Positions 1-8,812 of a stretch of DNA of 64,000 nucleotides are shown here, piece by piece (positions within the stretch are counted from its first letter, which is position 1; every line of letters begins with the position of its first letter). The position numbers were made by a program, and so were the translations under genes. Source of the DNA: a candidate division WOR-3 bacterium (GTDB lineage: Bacteria > Hydrothermota > 32-111); assembly GCA_039804105.1 (NCBI GenBank), contig JBDRZU010000001.1:352001-416000 (forward strand). Reading direction: 5' to 3'. Under the pieces are notes generated by a model. It did no database searches and was not told the DNA's origin. It worked only from the letters and a program-made list of their open reading frames with translations.

Positions 1-464
1 ATCAACTCTTTCATCTTATCACTCTTCCCAATTATACCCTGAAAAGAAAACTCTTTTTCAACCTGTTCCTGTAAAATTTCATTCTTTATCATCAGTTCGT
101 TCCATTTCAAAGCTTTTTCTATATTCACAAGCAATTCTTTACCTTTAAAAGGTTTTTTGAGATAATCAAATGCACCCATCTTTATAGCTTTAACAGCATC
201 ATTTATATCTGCATTACCTGTAATTATTATTATTGGAACATCGGGGAAAAAATGTTTTAATTCTGGGAGATATTCTATCCCGGTTCTATCGGGTAATTTA
301 ACATCAAGAAGAATCAAATCAACTGAATTTTTTTCTAACACTTGAAACATCTCTTTACCATTTGACGATGTATAAACATTATATTTGTTTTCAACAAGCA
401 TCTCTCCAACAGATTGTAATATGAAAGGATCATCATCAACTATTAAAATATTCTTCATTTTCAT
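1..464 (-). CDS. NtrC-family sigma-54-dependent response regulator, N-terminal part (runs off window edge)
   Basis: Not in the ORF track; translated by hand from ATG at 464 (SD GGAGG 469-473): MKMKNILIVDDDPF...LILLDVKLPD...ITG...FDYLKKPF...FSFQGIIGKSDKMKEL. Intact REC followed by the typical linker into a sigma-54 AAA+ domain; frame open to base 1. Confidence 0.85.
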   Translation of the reverse strand, partial: MKMKNILIVDDDPFILQSVGEMLVENKYNVYTSSNGKEMFQVLEKNSVDLILLDVKLPDRTGIEYLPELKHFFPDVPIIIITGNADINDAVKAIKMGAFDYLKKPFKGKELLVNIEKALKWNELMIKNEILQEQVEKEFSFQGIIGKSDKMKEL

Positions 465-472
465 AAAACCTC

Positions 473-1534
473 CTATATCGCAGGCAATGGTAAAATAACC
501 TTTATTTCAGATCCAGAATCGTAATCTTTAAAAATCAATTTACCTGAAACATTTTCTATGTCAAACTTGATCGAATTGATCGTTAGAAGATCGGACCTGC
601 TACTCTCATCTTCAACATTTTCGAAAAGCAACTCTATACCAGTTTTAAAATTTGTATTAAAAATAATGTAGATGCTATCCTCTAAAAGTTTAAAGCTCAC
701 AAATATTTTATTCCCTTTTACCTTTTCACGCCTGTGAAACAAAAGTAGAATCAATTCAAGAAAGATATATTTTAAAAATCCAGATGGTAGTTTTACTGGT
801 GGAATCTTTTTATCATATGTATATTCAATTTCAACATTGTGGTTAATAAAATAATCTTTAATTATCGGGAAAAATTTTACAGTTTCATCTTCAACATTAA
901 CAAGTTCCATCTTTTCAGAAACTCCGAGTTTTAATTCTCTTACAGTCGATACTATCGAAACTATTCTATCAACATTCTGTTCGATCATATCAATTTTCTT
1001 ATGAAGTTCCTTTGGACAATTTTTATCCATCCTTAACATATCAAGTTGTAAAACTATGGAAGTAACAGGATTGTTTATCATATGGCTTATACTTGATATG
1101 AGTTCACCTGCAACAGATAATTTTGAAATTTTTCCTATCTCATGTTGAAGAGAGGACATACTTTCACAAGAAACAATATAATTTTTAACTCCTATCATTT
1201 TTTCCATTTTGAATTCAAAATCGTTTTCAAAATTGTTTTCGTAAATAAAATCAATAAAAGGTAATTCAAACAGATCCTTGTATTTATCGATACTCTCATC
1301 TTTTTTTAACACAACAAGAAGCGGGATCTTCCAGTTAAACAACTTTTTCAATAAACCTGAACCATTTTCAAGACCAAGATTTTTCGATGAGGTTAAAATA
1401 AGATCTATTTTTATTTCATTCTTTATCACTTCAAGATTTTTTAAATCTTCTTCAAAAGTAATATTCTGTTTGTTCAGCTTTTCTGATCTCAAAATTTCCT
1501 GATTATCAAGTTGAAACACAAGGATCTGTTTCAT
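473..1534 (-). CDS. Atypical histidine kinase-like protein (degenerate REC + HisKA + degenerate HATPase)
   Basis: H-box-like AGELISSISHMINNPVTSI and C-terminal GSEIKVILP; N, G1 and G2 boxes not conserved. Confidence 0.7.
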   Translation of the reverse strand: MKQILVFQLDNQEILRSEKLNKQNITFEEDLKNLEVIKNEIKIDLILTSSKNLGLENGSGLLKKLFNWKIPLLVVLKKDESIDKYKDLFELPFIDFIYENNFENDFEFKMEKMIGVKNYIVSCESMSSLQHEIGKISKLSVAGELISSISHMINNPVTSIVLQLDMLRMDKNCPKELHKKIDMIEQNVDRIVSIVSTVRELKLGVSEKMELVNVEDETVKFFPIIKDYFINHNVEIEYTYDKKIPPVKLPSGFLKYIFLELILLLFHRREKVKGNKIFVSFKLLEDSIYIIFNTNFKTGIELLFENVEDESSRSDLLTINSIKFDIENVSGKLIFKDYDSGSEIKVILPLPAI

Positions 1535-2796
1535 TTTTCCTCCCCTTCTATTTCACTTTCAGCGATATACTTAATCATTTCCATTGAAATGTCATTCGCA
1601 TATATTCTGGGTATATAAAAATTATTTCCGTCAACAAGTTTTACTATTTTTTTAAAATTTTCAACTGAGGATTTTTTCTTACCTTCCATTTTATTAATAA
1701 GAGCAAGGTAATACAAAGAATATATATTGTTTTGATTTGAAGATAAAGTTTTTTGAAAATAAAGTTTTGAAATCGAATAATTTAGTTTGTTGAAATAGAA
1801 TGTCCCAAAGATAAAATCAAAATCTGGATCTTTTATATCGTTTATTTCAAGTTGTTTTTCAAGAAACTCTATTTTTAAAATATCATTTAACCTTGTGTAA
1901 ATAAGAAGCATCAACTTCAGAATCTCGATGTTATTGCCTTCTTCTTTACCCAACAATGCTTGCAATATACCTAACGATTCATTGTATTTTTTTTCTCTGA
2001 AAAAGTTTAACGCATCTTCAAAAGTATAATCTGATACTATGAATTCATCGCTGTAGGGTTTTTTAAAGTAAAAATACCCTTCATAGTTTAACTGCTCAAA
2101 GATTCCTGAAGAAAAAATGTTGGTTTCTTTAAAATCACAAATCAGATAAGACCCATTCTTAAGTAACCTGTACATTTCCTTTGAAAAGTTTGATAATTTT
2201 TCTTTTAAAAAAATTTTCGAAAAATTGTTAACTATTATAATATCAAAATTTTCACTTCTTAAAGAATTGTTGAAAGGATTTGTTACAACAAAATTGACTC
2301 TGTTTAGAATATCATTTCTTAAAATATAATTTTCAATCATATCTATAAAATATTTCAACTGAGCATCGGATGCTTTAATGAGTTGTTGGTACTCAATCCT
2401 GTTGTTCTTAATTCTTTCAACAATAAAAAATGAGGGATAAACAGTAAAATAGTTAACATTTTTTCTTCTTTTAAGATTTTTTAAAATTAGTTCACATTCG
2501 ATTACAAAAGAAAAGAGTGAACTCCCAATATCTGAAGAGAAAATAAGTATATTGATATTATCGTTATCAATATTTTCAAGAACATTTTTTGTTAATTTAA
2601 AGATTTCCTCATTTTCAAAAAATATATTCTGATAGTTATAAAGTGCAAAAAGTATTTTTTCAAAATCACCTTCATTCTGAATCTTTCCAAGATTATATAA
2701 ATCCTGAATTTTACTGTTTAAAGAAGGGGTGATGTTAATATGATAACTGTTTTCAAGAATATCTATAATGTTTTGAACTGTTTTAGGAATCAACAT
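1531..2796 (-). CDS. Degenerate CheR-like methyltransferase fold + C-terminal TPR (WspC-like architecture)
   Basis: CheR-like landmarks in order (QNIFFEN, ILIFSSDIGSSLFS, KYF...LRNDILNRVNF...FDIIIVNN, LLKNGSYL), followed by TPR-like helices (FIFGTFYFNK...YYLALINKMEG). Confidence 0.6.
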   Translation of the reverse strand: MLIPKTVQNIIDILENSYHINITPSLNSKIQDLYNLGKIQNEGDFEKILFALYNYQNIFFENEEIFKLTKNVLENIDNDNINILIFSSDIGSSLFSFVIECELILKNLKRRKNVNYFTVYPSFFIVERIKNNRIEYQQLIKASDAQLKYFIDMIENYILRNDILNRVNFVVTNPFNNSLRSENFDIIIVNNFSKIFLKEKLSNFSKEMYRLLKNGSYLICDFKETNIFSSGIFEQLNYEGYFYFKKPYSDEFIVSDYTFEDALNFFREKKYNESLGILQALLGKEEGNNIEILKLMLLIYTRLNDILKIEFLEKQLEINDIKDPDFDFIFGTFYFNKLNYSISKLYFQKTLSSNQNNIYSLYYLALINKMEGKKKSSVENFKKIVKLVDGNNFYIPRIYANDISMEMIKYIAESEIEGEEK

Positions 2797-4892
2797 CCAC
2801 TCCTTTTTAATATATTTCTTATCCTTAACAAAACCTTTTGTGGATCTATCGGTTTTGGGATATAGTCATCAGCACCTTTGGACAATCCTTCGATCTCATT
2901 TTCAGAATCAGATTTTGAAGTTAAAACAACAACAGGAATGCTTTTTAAATTCTCATCATTTTTGATATTTTCGAGTAATTCAAACCCACCCATCTGTGGC
3001 ATCGAAAGATCTGTTATCACAAGATCTATCCTGTTATTTTTTAAAATTTCAAGTGCATCAACTCCATTTTCAGCTTCAAATGTTTCAAAACCTTCAGATT
3101 TAAAAAGTGCACATATTACAGTTCTTATAGTTTTTATATCATCAACAACAAGTATGCTTTTCTTCTCAGTCACACTTTTTAACTTTGTTTCCAATGTAAC
3201 ACTATTTTCAATCAAAAATCTATCAACATCAAGCACCCTTTCGATTTCACTGAATGTTGTTATACCATTTTTTACCTTATCAAGTCCATCATCAAATACT
3301 GTTTTATAGTTTATACTTTTTAGATATGAAACAATCTCATTTAGGTTCGCCTCTTTTTCAATGAGTTCTCTCAATTTTTGATCTATTTCAAGAACTCCAA
3401 AAATTCCAATAATTCCGGAAAATCCAGTATAGTTACACTTTTCACACCCATATTTATTCTCTTGATATATTTCAAAATTTTCATCAACTTTTAAAATTTT
3501 TTTTACTCTTTCATCGGGATGTACCTTTGTCGAACAGAATTTACAAACTTTTCTTACAATCCTTTGTGCTATAACAACAAGTAAAGCATCAGAGATAAGA
3601 TATGGCTCAACTCCGAGATCTCTCAACCTTATCAAAGTTGAAATCTCACTGTTAGTATGAAGAGTTGAAAGTAAAAGATGCCCTGTTATAGCACCTTTGA
3701 ATGCTGTTTGTGCTGTTTCTGTATCCCTTATCTCTCCAAGTAATATAACATTCGGATCCTGTCTTAATAGAGTTCTTAGCGCTGAAGAAAATGTTACATT
3801 ATTTTTCGGATCAATCTGCGTTTGGTTTATTCCTTTTATTGTATATTCGATAGGGTCCTCAATTGTAGTAATGTTTAAATGTTTATAATCAAGTTCCTGC
3901 AAGATTGAGTATAGAGTTGTTGTTTTCCCACTACCTGTTGGACCTGTAACAAGTATGATTCCCTGTGATTTGTTGGCATTCTTTCTGATTATAAATATAT
4001 TTTCCTGAGTTAAACCGAGTTGTTCAAGAGAAACTTTGATTTTACTCTTATCTAAAATTCTGATAACTATCTTTTCTCCATCCATTATCGGAATCGTTGA
4101 TACTCTTAAAGATATATCTTTTTGAGACACTACAATCTGTATATTTCCATCCTGTGCTTTTCTTGTGATCGTAATATCCATTTTTGCCATTATTTTAATT
4201 CTTGAGATAACTCTTTTCTCTATTTTTTTTGGTAATCTCAGATGTTCCTGTAAAAATCCATCTATTCTGTATCTTACTACAAGATTGTTCGATTGAGGTT
4301 CAAAATGTATATCAGAAGCGTTCAACTTGATTGCGTCTATTATTATTGAGTTTATGAGTCTTACGATAGGTTTTGCATTTATTTCATCATCTTCAACAAC
4401 TTCCTCTTCGAGGTTTTCATATTCATCCACTTTTAAAACATTCTCATCGAGTTCATAGGAAAATTTTTCCTGACCAAAAATTTCTATAAATTTTTTGTTC
4501 AAACTTTCTGTAGTTGTTATATAGAAATCAACATCAAGATTGGTTATGAATTGAATATCTTTTATAAGTTCAAGATTGAAAGGATTATCGGTGATAATTT
4601 TAATTTTTTTCTGCGACACCTCAAAAGGTATAAACCTATTCTTTTTTATATACGATGGGATAAACAAAGTCAACAAACCTTCTGTTATTTGAATTTTTTC
4701 AGCATCAAGATAAGTTATTTTAAAATTCTGTTCAATCAACTTTGCCAGTTTTTCATCAACTTTCAATTTTTTTTCTGAAATAAGATTTGTAAAAAATCTC
4801 ACCAGATCAAAATTCTTATTTTCACTCTCTTTTTGGTATTCCTGAAATATTTCAGGGAATTCTTTTAAATAATCAATTATTTGTTCTTTCAT
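2790..4892 (-). CDS. PilB/GspE-family secretion ATPase fused to a C-terminal receiver (REC) domain
   Basis: ASDIHFEP, Walker A GPTGSGKTTT, Asp box TIEDPIE, LRQDPNVILLGEIRD, His box GHLLLSTLHTN, CxxC...CxxC; C-terminal REC VVDD...TDLSMPQMGG...LTS...DYIPKP. Confidence 0.9.
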   Translation of the reverse strand: MKEQIIDYLKEFPEIFQEYQKESENKNFDLVRFFTNLISEKKLKVDEKLAKLIEQNFKITYLDAEKIQITEGLLTLFIPSYIKKNRFIPFEVSQKKIKIITDNPFNLELIKDIQFITNLDVDFYITTTESLNKKFIEIFGQEKFSYELDENVLKVDEYENLEEEVVEDDEINAKPIVRLINSIIIDAIKLNASDIHFEPQSNNLVVRYRIDGFLQEHLRLPKKIEKRVISRIKIMAKMDITITRKAQDGNIQIVVSQKDISLRVSTIPIMDGEKIVIRILDKSKIKVSLEQLGLTQENIFIIRKNANKSQGIILVTGPTGSGKTTTLYSILQELDYKHLNITTIEDPIEYTIKGINQTQIDPKNNVTFSSALRTLLRQDPNVILLGEIRDTETAQTAFKGAITGHLLLSTLHTNSEISTLIRLRDLGVEPYLISDALLVVIAQRIVRKVCKFCSTKVHPDERVKKILKVDENFEIYQENKYGCEKCNYTGFSGIIGIFGVLEIDQKLRELIEKEANLNEIVSYLKSINYKTVFDDGLDKVKNGITTFSEIERVLDVDRFLIENSVTLETKLKSVTEKKSILVVDDIKTIRTVICALFKSEGFETFEAENGVDALEILKNNRIDLVITDLSMPQMGGFELLENIKNDENLKSIPVVVLTSKSDSENEIEGLSKGADDYIPKPIDPQKVLLRIRNILKRSGC

Positions 4893-6300
4893 ATTGCTCC
4901 AAAAATGTTATAAAATGTTCAACTAAACTTTTTTTGAAATATTTATCTGACATTTTTCCAAGGTTTTCAAAAGCGTTTCTTTTTCCAACACCATCTCTAT
5001 AATTTTTGTTTTCAATCAGAAGAAGATATGTGTGCACCAATTTTATTACCTGTGATTCAACAGGTATATCATCTCCCTTCAATCTTTTAGGAAATCCGGA
5101 TCCATCATAGTTTTCGCCAATTGATTCGATGATAGGCTCAAGTTCTCTCAAAAACTCTATATCATCTAACACACTTTTAAATTTTTCTGAAACCTCTTTT
5201 GACCCATTTTTTTTGTCCTTAACAAATGATTGTATGATATTGAAAAGTATTGAAGAAAATTTTATCTTTTCGACTTTTTCTTCATCAAATTTTAAAAATT
5301 TTGCAAAATCTTCACAATATTTTGCTCTTTTTTCAATCAAAATTTTTTGATTACTATCTGAAAGTCCGGTTAATGTAAGCATTGTATAAATGAGTCCATA
5401 TCTTGTTGTTTTCAACTTTTTGTTCAATTTTATTTCATAGAATTTATTTGCAAGAACAAAAGAAAGAACCTCAGCTATCTCAAGATCTGTATCAACAAAA
5501 TCATTTTCTCTTTTAAAATAAACTACTCCAACTATATCATTTTCATAACTCATAACTGAAGTCATCGATTTTGAACCAGCGAATATACAACCTATATTGT
5601 TTTTAACTGGTACAAAAAATATTGGCAATTTTGAATCAACAATATCACCAATTTTGAATTCTCCAACAGATGGCCCATATATATTTTTAAAACCATTATT
5701 TTCCTTTAAAAAGAAATAGACGAATTGAGTTAAAAATATTTTTGAGAATTCAAGATAAGAAATTTTAAAAAATTCATCAATTTCATCAATTTTAGAAATC
5801 TTTTTCTGGAACTGTTTTAACAGAATCAACCTTTCTATAACCTTTCTTGATTCATCACTTTCAAGATTTTTTTCCTTCTTGTTTATAAGATCAGCGATTA
5901 TTTTCTTATTCTCAAGTAAACTGTTTCTTTTGTTGATTGCGCTTTTTAATGCGTTCATCACCTGATTTATATGCAATGGTTTTGGTATATAATCAAAAGC
6001 ACCATACTGTAATGCTTCAATTGAAGTTGAAAGTGAGGCATAGGCGGTCATAACTATTACCTGAATATCACTATCCATTTCTTTCACACTTTTCAATATT
6101 GATAAACCAGATTGATCTGGAAGAATTATATCTGTAAAAATAACATCAGGAGGATTATTGGTTATATAATTCATTGCTGAGTTTCCATCATAAAAAGCAA
6201 GACATTCATAATCTGAAGAGTAATTGTTAAGTGCATCTTTTAAGGAATTCGCAAGATCTATATTATCATCTATGATCAAAACCTTCATCTTTTTTTGCAC
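4873..6300 (-). CDS. Response regulator: REC + GAF-like + degenerate HD-GYP domain
   Basis: GTG start with SD AAGGAGG. Intact REC (IIDDN, TDIILPD, MTA, IPKP); GAF-like end (IVGVVYFKRENDFVDTDLEIAEVL); HD-GYP-like IGENYDGSGFPKRLKGDDIPVESQVI without HD or HH residues. Confidence 0.75.
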   Translation of the reverse strand: MQKKMKVLIIDDNIDLANSLKDALNNYSSDYECLAFYDGNSAMNYITNNPPDVIFTDIILPDQSGLSILKSVKEMDSDIQVIVMTAYASLSTSIEALQYGAFDYIPKPLHINQVMNALKSAINKRNSLLENKKIIADLINKKEKNLESDESRKVIERLILLKQFQKKISKIDEIDEFFKISYLEFSKIFLTQFVYFFLKENNGFKNIYGPSVGEFKIGDIVDSKLPIFFVPVKNNIGCIFAGSKSMTSVMSYENDIVGVVYFKRENDFVDTDLEIAEVLSFVLANKFYEIKLNKKLKTTRYGLIYTMLTLTGLSDSNQKILIEKRAKYCEDFAKFLKFDEEKVEKIKFSSILFNIIQSFVKDKKNGSKEVSEKFKSVLDDIEFLRELEPIIESIGENYDGSGFPKRLKGDDIPVESQVIKLVHTYLLLIENKNYRDGVGKRNAFENLGKMSDKYFKKSLVEHFITFLEQYERTNN

Positions 6301-6326
6301 TTTTTCCTCCTTTTCTATATTTTATA

Positions 6327-6341
6327 ACAAGAAAAGTGCCA
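6327..6341 (-). promoter_or_regulatory. Putative sigma-54 (-24/-12) promoter for the 6300->1 operon
   Basis: Minus strand TGGCAC-TTTTC-TTGT; exact spacing of consensus TGGCAC-N5-TTGC with GT at -12; lies just upstream of the SD and start. Confidence 0.6.
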
Positions 6342-6476
6342 AATATAAATGTCACGAATTTATTATGTTATGATATTATGACAAGATTAGTTTTTTGTAA
6401 ATAGCAAACAATTTTGAGTTAAATATTATATTTTGAAGATTTAAGTTTTTGAAAAAAAGATTACAGAGTCATATAT

Positions 6477-7196
6477 TTATGACACTTTTAAAGAGTTTGA
6501 AACGAGATAACATTTTTCAAGTATAAAATTTTTTAAAAGTGGGTTTTTATCACACTCAAATTTTAATTCTTCAATATTACTTTTCAAATGTAATACTATT
6601 TTTTTTCTATTTTGAATAGAAGATAGTCTGTTAAAAATTTTATAAACAGAATCGATATTATTAACTATTGAAAATTCAATATAATATTTATCATTTTGAT
6701 CATTCTCAAAATCAAAATCAACCAGTTCATCTATTTTTAACCTTTTCAATTGTTTCAATATTTTTACATTCGGAATATCTGTTAAGAGTAAAATATTTTT
6801 TTCGTGATCTTCTGTTTTTAAAAAATTTTTAATTATAAAATAGAATTCTTCGATCTCTTTTAAAATACCATCAAGTTCTTCATAGTGGAAAGGTTTTTCA
6901 ATGAAATAATGAACCCCCAGCCCTTTCAAAGTATCTTTCAACATCTGGGTTGGACTTGCCGTAACTATAATAACTGTTAAAAAAAGATCGATTCTTTTTA
7001 TTTGATTAATGATATTTATTCCATAATTTGAACCTAAATATATATCAAGTATTAAAACATCAAGGTTTTCTATGTCATTTTGATTTATCATCAAAGGATG
7101 TTTATATAAAAGAAAAACCTCATGTTTTTTTAAAACAAGTATATCTCTCAACGCATTTGCAAAAGTTTCACTATCTTCAAGAATTCCTATTTTCAT
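6477..7196 (-). CDS. Response regulator (REC) with unrecognised C-terminal region
   Basis: ILEDS, ILDIYL, VTA, IEKPF receiver motifs; SD AAGGAG. Confidence 0.75.
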   Translation of the reverse strand: MKIGILEDSETFANALRDILVLKKHEVFLLYKHPLMINQNDIENLDVLILDIYLGSNYGINIINQIKRIDLFLTVIIVTASPTQMLKDTLKGLGVHYFIEKPFHYEELDGILKEIEEFYFIIKNFLKTEDHEKNILLLTDIPNVKILKQLKRLKIDELVDFDFENDQNDKYYIEFSIVNNIDSVYKIFNRLSSIQNRKKIVLHLKSNIEELKFECDKNPLLKNFILEKCYLVSNSLKVS

Positions 7197-7223
7197 AATT
7201 TCTCCTTTTTACAAAATCAATTA

Positions 7224-7238
7224 ACATTATTTATGCCA
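7224..7238 (-). promoter_or_regulatory. Putative sigma-54 (-24/-12) promoter for the 7196 gene
   Basis: Minus strand TGGCAT-AAATA-ATGT, same spacing and same flanks (TT before, TA after) as the 6327-6341 site, at a similar distance from the start codon. Confidence 0.5.
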
Positions 7239-7312
7239 AACTTAACATATAATTTTTTTAAGAAGTTATAATTTAAATGGTAGGAACTTTTTCATTACAA
7301 ACATTTAATTTG

Positions 7313-7341
7313 TTGACAATTTGAAAGATGATGTTTATTAT
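7313..7341 (+). promoter_or_regulatory. Sigma-70-type promoter of the EamA gene
   Basis: TTGACA (7313-7318), 17 nt spacer, TATTAT (7336-7341), ATG 6 nt downstream. Confidence 0.6.
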
Positions 7342-7347
7342 GCATAT

Positions 7348-8259
7348 ATGGTTGGCATACTGTTTTTATCACTTTCAGTTTTTTTATTTTCAACTATGGA
7401 ATTAACTTCAAAATTTATTTCAGATGATTTCAATTTTATCCAGTTAACTTTTTTAAGATTTTTTTTGGGAACATTTGTTTTCATTTTTTTTATCGTTTTC
7501 AAAAAGGATTTGAGAAAAGAATTAGAAAATTTGAATATCAAGATGTTCTTAAAACTCTCATCTCTTGGTTTTTTGAACGTTTTCATTTCGATGCTTCTTT
7601 TACAATACTCTGTTGAGAAAGGAAATGCTTCTATAGCCGCCGTTTTGATCGGTAGCCATCCTATATTTGTTTATATTTTGAACCTTATTTTTTTCAAAGA
7701 GTTTGACAGAATCAAATTAATCAAAATATTTTTAGGTATTTTGGGTATACTTTTTCTTATTTTATTCTCAGGAAAGATAACCAAAACAATAAATTACATT
7801 CCTTCAATAACTGGACTTTTATCATCATTTTTCTTTGCACTCTTTACATTCCTTTCAAAAAGATTTCTGAAGAATAACAGCACGATCATAGTCAACTTTA
7901 TTTGTTTTTTTTCAGGAATAATTTTTTTGTTACCATTTTTTCTTTATAAAAATAATTATTTATTAAAAAACATTAACCTTTCGAACTCATCAATTTTAAT
8001 CTACCTCGGTTTTTTTGTTACCGGATGTGGATATTTATTTTACTATGAGGGCTTTAAAAGATTGAATGTGGTAGATGGATCAATGATCTTCTTTCTAAAA
8101 CCACTTCTTGGGTCAATTCTTGCTGTAATCATATTGAAAGAAAAATTAAATCTCTACCAATTTTTGGGAATCATTTTAATAATTATTTCTTTAACAAATT
8201 TCAGAAAAGGAAACAGAGTTGAAAACAATAATAGAATCAAAAAAGATAACGATAATTGA
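7348..8259 (+). CDS. DMT/EamA-family transporter
   Basis: About 10 hydrophobic segments in two EamA-like halves (LTFLRFFLG, ASIAAVLIGSHP, LKEKLNLYQFLG). ATG 7348 preferred over TTG 7321, which lies inside the promoter. Confidence 0.85.
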   Translation: MVGILFLSLSVFLFSTMELTSKFISDDFNFIQLTFLRFFLGTFVFIFFIVFKKDLRKELENLNIKMFLKLSSLGFLNVFISMLLLQYSVEKGNASIAAVLIGSHPIFVYILNLIFFKEFDRIKLIKIFLGILGILFLILFSGKITKTINYIPSITGLLSSFFFALFTFLSKRFLKNNSTIIVNFICFFSGIIFLLPFFLYKNNYLLKNINLSNSSILIYLGFFVTGCGYLFYYEGFKRLNVVDGSMIFFLKPLLGSILAVIILKEKLNLYQFLGIILIIISLTNFRKGNRVENNNRIKKDNDN

Positions 8260-8812
8260 AAAAAATTCAATTTTCATTGGAAGAGCATTTTTCGTACATG
8301 ATAAAAAAGAAGTTGAAAAATTTTTAAATCTTTTAAAAACGGAGAACAAAGGATACTCACATATAGTTTACGCTTACCGATTTACAAAGGATGAATTTTT
8401 CTATACCGATGATAAAGAACCAAAAAATACTGCAGGGCTTCCCGTTTTCAACGTGATTGATAAAAACGATCTTTACTTTACACTTTTAACGGTTACAAGA
8501 TTTTTTGGTGGTATAAAACTTGGTGCTTCTGGACTCGTAAGAGCGTATTCAAAATGTGCAATCGAAACCGTAAAAAATTCGATGATAAAAAAACTGGAAA
8601 AATTTTATCTTTTTGTATTCACTTTCGAATATCAACAATACAATGAATTTTTATATTTTATTAAACAAGCAAAACATAAAATTTTGGAAGAAAATTTTGC
8701 TGAAAAAATTACAATAAAGATTTATCTTGAAGAAAACCTTAATGAAAAAATTTCAAAATTATTTCCAGACAGTTTTACAATTTTAGAAAAAAATATTTTA
8801 CTGCCCTATTGA
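8219..8812 (+). CDS. YigZ/IMPACT family protein
   Basis: KNSIFIG, SHIVYAYR, DDKEPKNTAG, VTRFFGGIKLGASGLVRAY motifs. Confidence 0.9.
   Translation: MKTIIESKKITIIEKNSIFIGRAFFVHDKKEVEKFLNLLKTENKGYSHIVYAYRFTKDEFFYTDDKEPKNTAGLPVFNVIDKNDLYFTLLTVTRFFGGIKLGASGLVRAYSKCAIETVKNSMIKKLEKFYLFVFTFEYQQYNEFLYFIKQAKHKILEENFAEKITIKIYLEENLNEKISKLFPDSFTILEKNILLPY

Noticed and set aside
1..464. Apparent gap in the ORF track, possible pseudogene
   Set aside because: Manual translation shows one open frame running off the window edge; it is a truncated view of a gene.
6350..6410. TGTCA...TGACA inverted repeat and TGT-N9-ACA as activator binding sites
   Set aside because: Too short to be significant in AT-rich DNA, and I saw no matching copy upstream of the second sigma-54 site.
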